From the IMG/VR virus record IMGVR_UViG_3300017971_007904: a DNA stretch of 53,925 nt, one strand, 5' to 3'. Source of the stretch: a virus (lineage: Duplodnaviria; Heunggongvirae; Uroviricota; Caudoviricetes). The position numbers and the translations under genes are program-made. Positions 51,194 to 53,925 of this stretch are shown here, piece after piece; positions within the stretch are counted from its first letter, which is position 1; each line of letters begins with the position of its first letter. The notes under the pieces are model-generated. The model was not told the DNA's origin. It did no database searches and saw only the letters and a list, made by a program, of their open reading frames with translations.

Positions 51194-52663
51194 ATGACGA
51201 AGAAGAAGTATTTCAGTGACTACACTGTCGATTTGTATTTGAAGACAGAGCCGATTGATCAGAAGGCGGCTGAGAAGGCTGTGTTTGATATGTACGAGTA
51301 CTGTAAGATGGAGCCGCCGATGGTGGTGTACGTCAGAGGGCTGCGTGAATTGGAAGACGCAATCAAATGTTGGTCGTTCAGCATGGCGATGTACAAGGAG
51401 CCCGGATTACAACCGATGGGACCGAAGGGGCTCGATTTAGAACATGGTTCGTTGGTTGATCTAAAGGGCGATCCCATTGCCCTGGAAAAGCACAACGACA
51501 TCGCCCATTTCTACTCCGGTCGAGGCAGGGGTAGGTACGAGAGAATGAAGTCGGCGGTGCGACAATCCGTGAGGGGCGTCTCTTACACAGGGCTTGGAGA
51601 GGGTCTTTGGGGTGCTGCGTTACTTCCTGTCAATTACATTTACGGGGACGATAGCGACCGTGAAAAAAGAGAGAAGAAGTCCGCTTACAAGTGGGATTGC
51701 TTAGCTTCCAAGATTTGGGATGAGACCTACTTCATCGTATCATACGAGCATGTATGTTTCATTGTTGAACGGCCTGAGGTCATATATCACAACGAGAGTG
51801 GTTTCCATCGCTTAGATGGCCCCGCTGTCATCTTCGCTGATGGTTCTGAGATATACTGCTATGAAGGAGAGGTGGTTGGACCTCGTCTAATCACCGACCC
51901 CGATTCCGCCACTCTCGCCGACGTACATCAAGGTAACGGCAAGCGGCACCGGCTGATCGAATTGATTGGTGTTGATTGGTATCTGTCGCTTGTTCACGAT
52001 TTCAAGATCGATGCCAAGGGCAAGCTTCAACGGTTCTTTCACTTCTCTGAGATCGACAAGAAGAATCCTGAAGAACGGAAGTACTGGAATGAGCGTGGTT
52101 ACGAGGTGACCATTCACCCTGGAACGGTTAACGGCCAGTATGGTTTACGCATGGAGAGCGACAGACATACGAGTTTCATTTTCTATAACAGAGGTGATAT
52201 CTTCAAGGATGAGCATGTTGGCTTGCTCTTTGACGAGCATGACCGTGACCTGTGGCAGGTATTAAACCTTAATGAGATGTTCAGTCGGATGCGTGGTGCT
52301 GATCTCATTGTTGGTTATAAAGAAGGTGAGTTCTACGTCACAACAAAGGCAGGGTACTATGTGGACCACCCGGCCTGTAGCCATGATGTGTGTCCCTCCT
52401 GGTTCAAGGTCTTCATCAGGAATGGAATCGATGCAGTCTATGAAGGGAACGGGTGTAAGGTCGAGGTCAAAGATGGCAAGCTCAATGTGCTTGAGATACC
52501 TGATCCGCATCACGATTCTTTGTTTGGTGGCAACTGTAATGTTCCGTCATTCAAATTTAACCTTGATATCAGAAGTGATACGTGGGAGGGGCTATTAGAG
52601 AAGTGGGCGCATAAGGCGTTCAACTGGCTCGCCCTTCACGAAAATTCAACATGTTTGCCGTAG
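51194..52663 (+). CDS. DUF6745-like domain protein
   Basis: FIVERPEVI...FHRLDGPAVIFADG..IYCYEG. Confidence 0.7.
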   Translation: MTKKKYFSDYTVDLYLKTEPIDQKAAEKAVFDMYEYCKMEPPMVVYVRGLRELEDAIKCWSFSMAMYKEPGLQPMGPKGLDLEHGSLVDLKGDPIALEKHNDIAHFYSGRGRGRYERMKSAVRQSVRGVSYTGLGEGLWGAALLPVNYIYGDDSDREKREKKSAYKWDCLASKIWDETYFIVSYEHVCFIVERPEVIYHNESGFHRLDGPAVIFADGSEIYCYEGEVVGPRLITDPDSATLADVHQGNGKRHRLIELIGVDWYLSLVHDFKIDAKGKLQRFFHFSEIDKKNPEERKYWNERGYEVTIHPGTVNGQYGLRMESDRHTSFIFYNRGDIFKDEHVGLLFDEHDRDLWQVLNLNEMFSRMRGADLIVGYKEGEFYVTTKAGYYVDHPACSHDVCPSWFKVFIRNGIDAVYEGNGCKVEVKDGKLNVLEIPDPHHDSLFGGNCNVPSFKFNLDIRSDTWEGLLEKWAHKAFNWLALHENSTCLP

Positions 52664-52687
52664 ATAGCTCAGCAGAACAGGAGAATC

Positions 52688-53158
52688 ATGACGTTAGTTA
52701 TTCTGGATATGCAAGACAAGTATCTTGCCGATTTGACCGACGACGACCGAGAGCGTGTCATCGAAGAGGTTAGCCAAGAGATCATCCAAGCCAGAGAAGG
52801 CAATCTCGGCATTGTTATCGCCGAGAGGAATGTCAAGGAGAAGGGTGAGACTTCTGACTTCGTACTCGATCTTGTGGCCGAGTATGAGAAGGTCACCCGA
52901 TTTGAACACAGCGTTCCAGACGCTGGGGATGAGGTGCTAGCTATCACCCGCCAACAGAATTTTAGTCGCAAAAACCTACGGGTCTGTGGACTTTACGGTG
53001 ACGCCACCGTCCGACAGACCGTCAACACGATTTTGTACTCGACAAACTTCCAAACCCCCGTTACCATTGTGGAAGCAGCGTGTGGCTGCGTGAACCATCT
53101 CTACAGTGACAAAGATTGCCTGAACTGGGCGGAAAAGCTTGGTGTTGAGATTGTCTGA
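52688..53158 (+). CDS. Isochorismatase/cysteine-hydrolase family protein (degenerate)
   Basis: LVILDMQ..Y; LRVCGLYGDATVRQTV; VTIVEAAC. Confidence 0.7.
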   Translation: MTLVILDMQDKYLADLTDDDRERVIEEVSQEIIQAREGNLGIVIAERNVKEKGETSDFVLDLVAEYEKVTRFEHSVPDAGDEVLAITRQQNFSRKNLRVCGLYGDATVRQTVNTILYSTNFQTPVTIVEAACGCVNHLYSDKDCLNWAEKLGVEIV

Positions 53159-53925
53159 TGTCTGATATCAGCTTCGGCTGGGATTTCGACGATTTGAATG
53201 GCTATTCCTATCACATCAATTACTGGGAAGAGTTCTTCGATGTGACCAAGGTAGGACTCGCTGTGCGCTCCGTCTTGGAAGAGGATTTCGTCTTCAATCT
53301 CGCCGACTTTCTCAACGGGCGTTTCAAGGTTGATCTCGACACGGCGTTTTCGATAGCCAAAGCAGTCTTCACCAGGATGTCAAGTCCTGAGCTTCACTTC
53401 CACACGCCTGTACATGTCCTCTCCCTTTTTCGCTTCGCTTTCGACCACAAGATTCCTTTGGAAGATTGGGAGCGATTGGCGATCTGGTTCCATGATTCGA
53501 TTTACATCCCTGGTGCGCCACCGGAAAGCAACGAGATTCAAAGCACTTCCTTCATGCGGGGCATTGTGCCGGGAGGCTTGAGTTGTGAAGACGGGGCTAT
53601 CAATCGAGCAGAACGGGCGATACTGACCACGGGCCGTCATCCTGCCAAAGCCATCGAGAAGCAGTACCACTTGATAATGGACATGGACTTATGCAATCTG
53701 GCATGGCCAAGGGAAAAGTTTGAAGCTTCGGTGGAAGCTCTACAAACGGAGTGTACCAAGGTGATGACCGTGCGAAAGTTCAAGGCCGGATGGAGACGGT
53801 TTTACGAGATTATCCTCAGTCGGGGACACATCTATCGGACTGAGCAGTTTCGAGATCAATTTGAGCGCACTGCTCGCCAGAATATTGCCAAGTCCCTTCA
53901 GTCACTTGTCGAGCCCTCGCTTTAG
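53158..53925 (+). CDS. HD-superfamily metal-dependent phosphohydrolase
   Basis: FHTPVHV...LAIWFHDSIY...SNEIQS...MDMDLCNLA. Confidence 0.85.
   Translation: MSDISFGWDFDDLNGYSYHINYWEEFFDVTKVGLAVRSVLEEDFVFNLADFLNGRFKVDLDTAFSIAKAVFTRMSSPELHFHTPVHVLSLFRFAFDHKIPLEDWERLAIWFHDSIYIPGAPPESNEIQSTSFMRGIVPGGLSCEDGAINRAERAILTTGRHPAKAIEKQYHLIMDMDLCNLAWPREKFEASVEALQTECTKVMTVRKFKAGWRRFYEIILSRGHIYRTEQFRDQFERTARQNIAKSLQSLVEPSL

Noticed and set aside
11645-53670. Numerous antisense and alternate-frame ORFs in the track (e.g. 12044-12907, 14553-15059, 44520-45128, 47683-48396)
   Set aside because: Fully overlapped by better-supported genes or tRNAs, with no motifs or ribosome-binding sites
1-53925. Stop-codon reassignment suggested by the phage release factor
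   Set aside because: Recognisable genes are full length in the standard code, TAA, TAG and TGA all terminate genes, and no CUA, UCA or UUA suppressor tRNA was found
1-53925. CRISPR array
   Set aside because: No run of equal-length direct repeats with unique spacers; the regular motifs are tRNAs and terminators

Overview
About 54 kb of what looks like a large (jumbo-type) tailed phage genome. The host is probably a planctomycete (NPYxSP membrane proteins); this is inferred, and no capsid, terminase or polymerase gene lies in the window. The left third has an amidoligase, a FliA/WhiG-like sigma factor, dTDP-sugar enzymes, a LAGLIDADG endonuclease, a phosphoesterase, a TROVE/Ro60 gene and a five-gene membrane-protein array. 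From 27.4 to 44.3 kb there is an array of 39 near-canonical tRNA genes (34 anticodons; no intact Leu, Phe, Tyr or Ser tRNA), several aberrant tRNA-like RNAs and a GOLLD-like large ncRNA with an embedded tRNA, interleaved with glycosyl-, sulfo- and methyltransferase and HNH genes. Three elements stand out as a possible translation-surveillance system. (1) The tRNA array is preceded by a classical attenuator whose 35-codon leader peptide uses 31 different codons, matches 28 of the 34 array anticodons, and lacks Leu/Phe/Tyr, for which the array has no tRNA. (2) An RF1-type release factor can only be made through two consecutive prfB-style +1 frameshifts at CUU-UAG. (3) Directly downstream is a ~195-nt RNase P RNA with almost no specificity domain. 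Twelve ORFs carry a T4-like capsid-targeting N-terminus. All calls are by eye and by hand; no database searches or folding programs were run.
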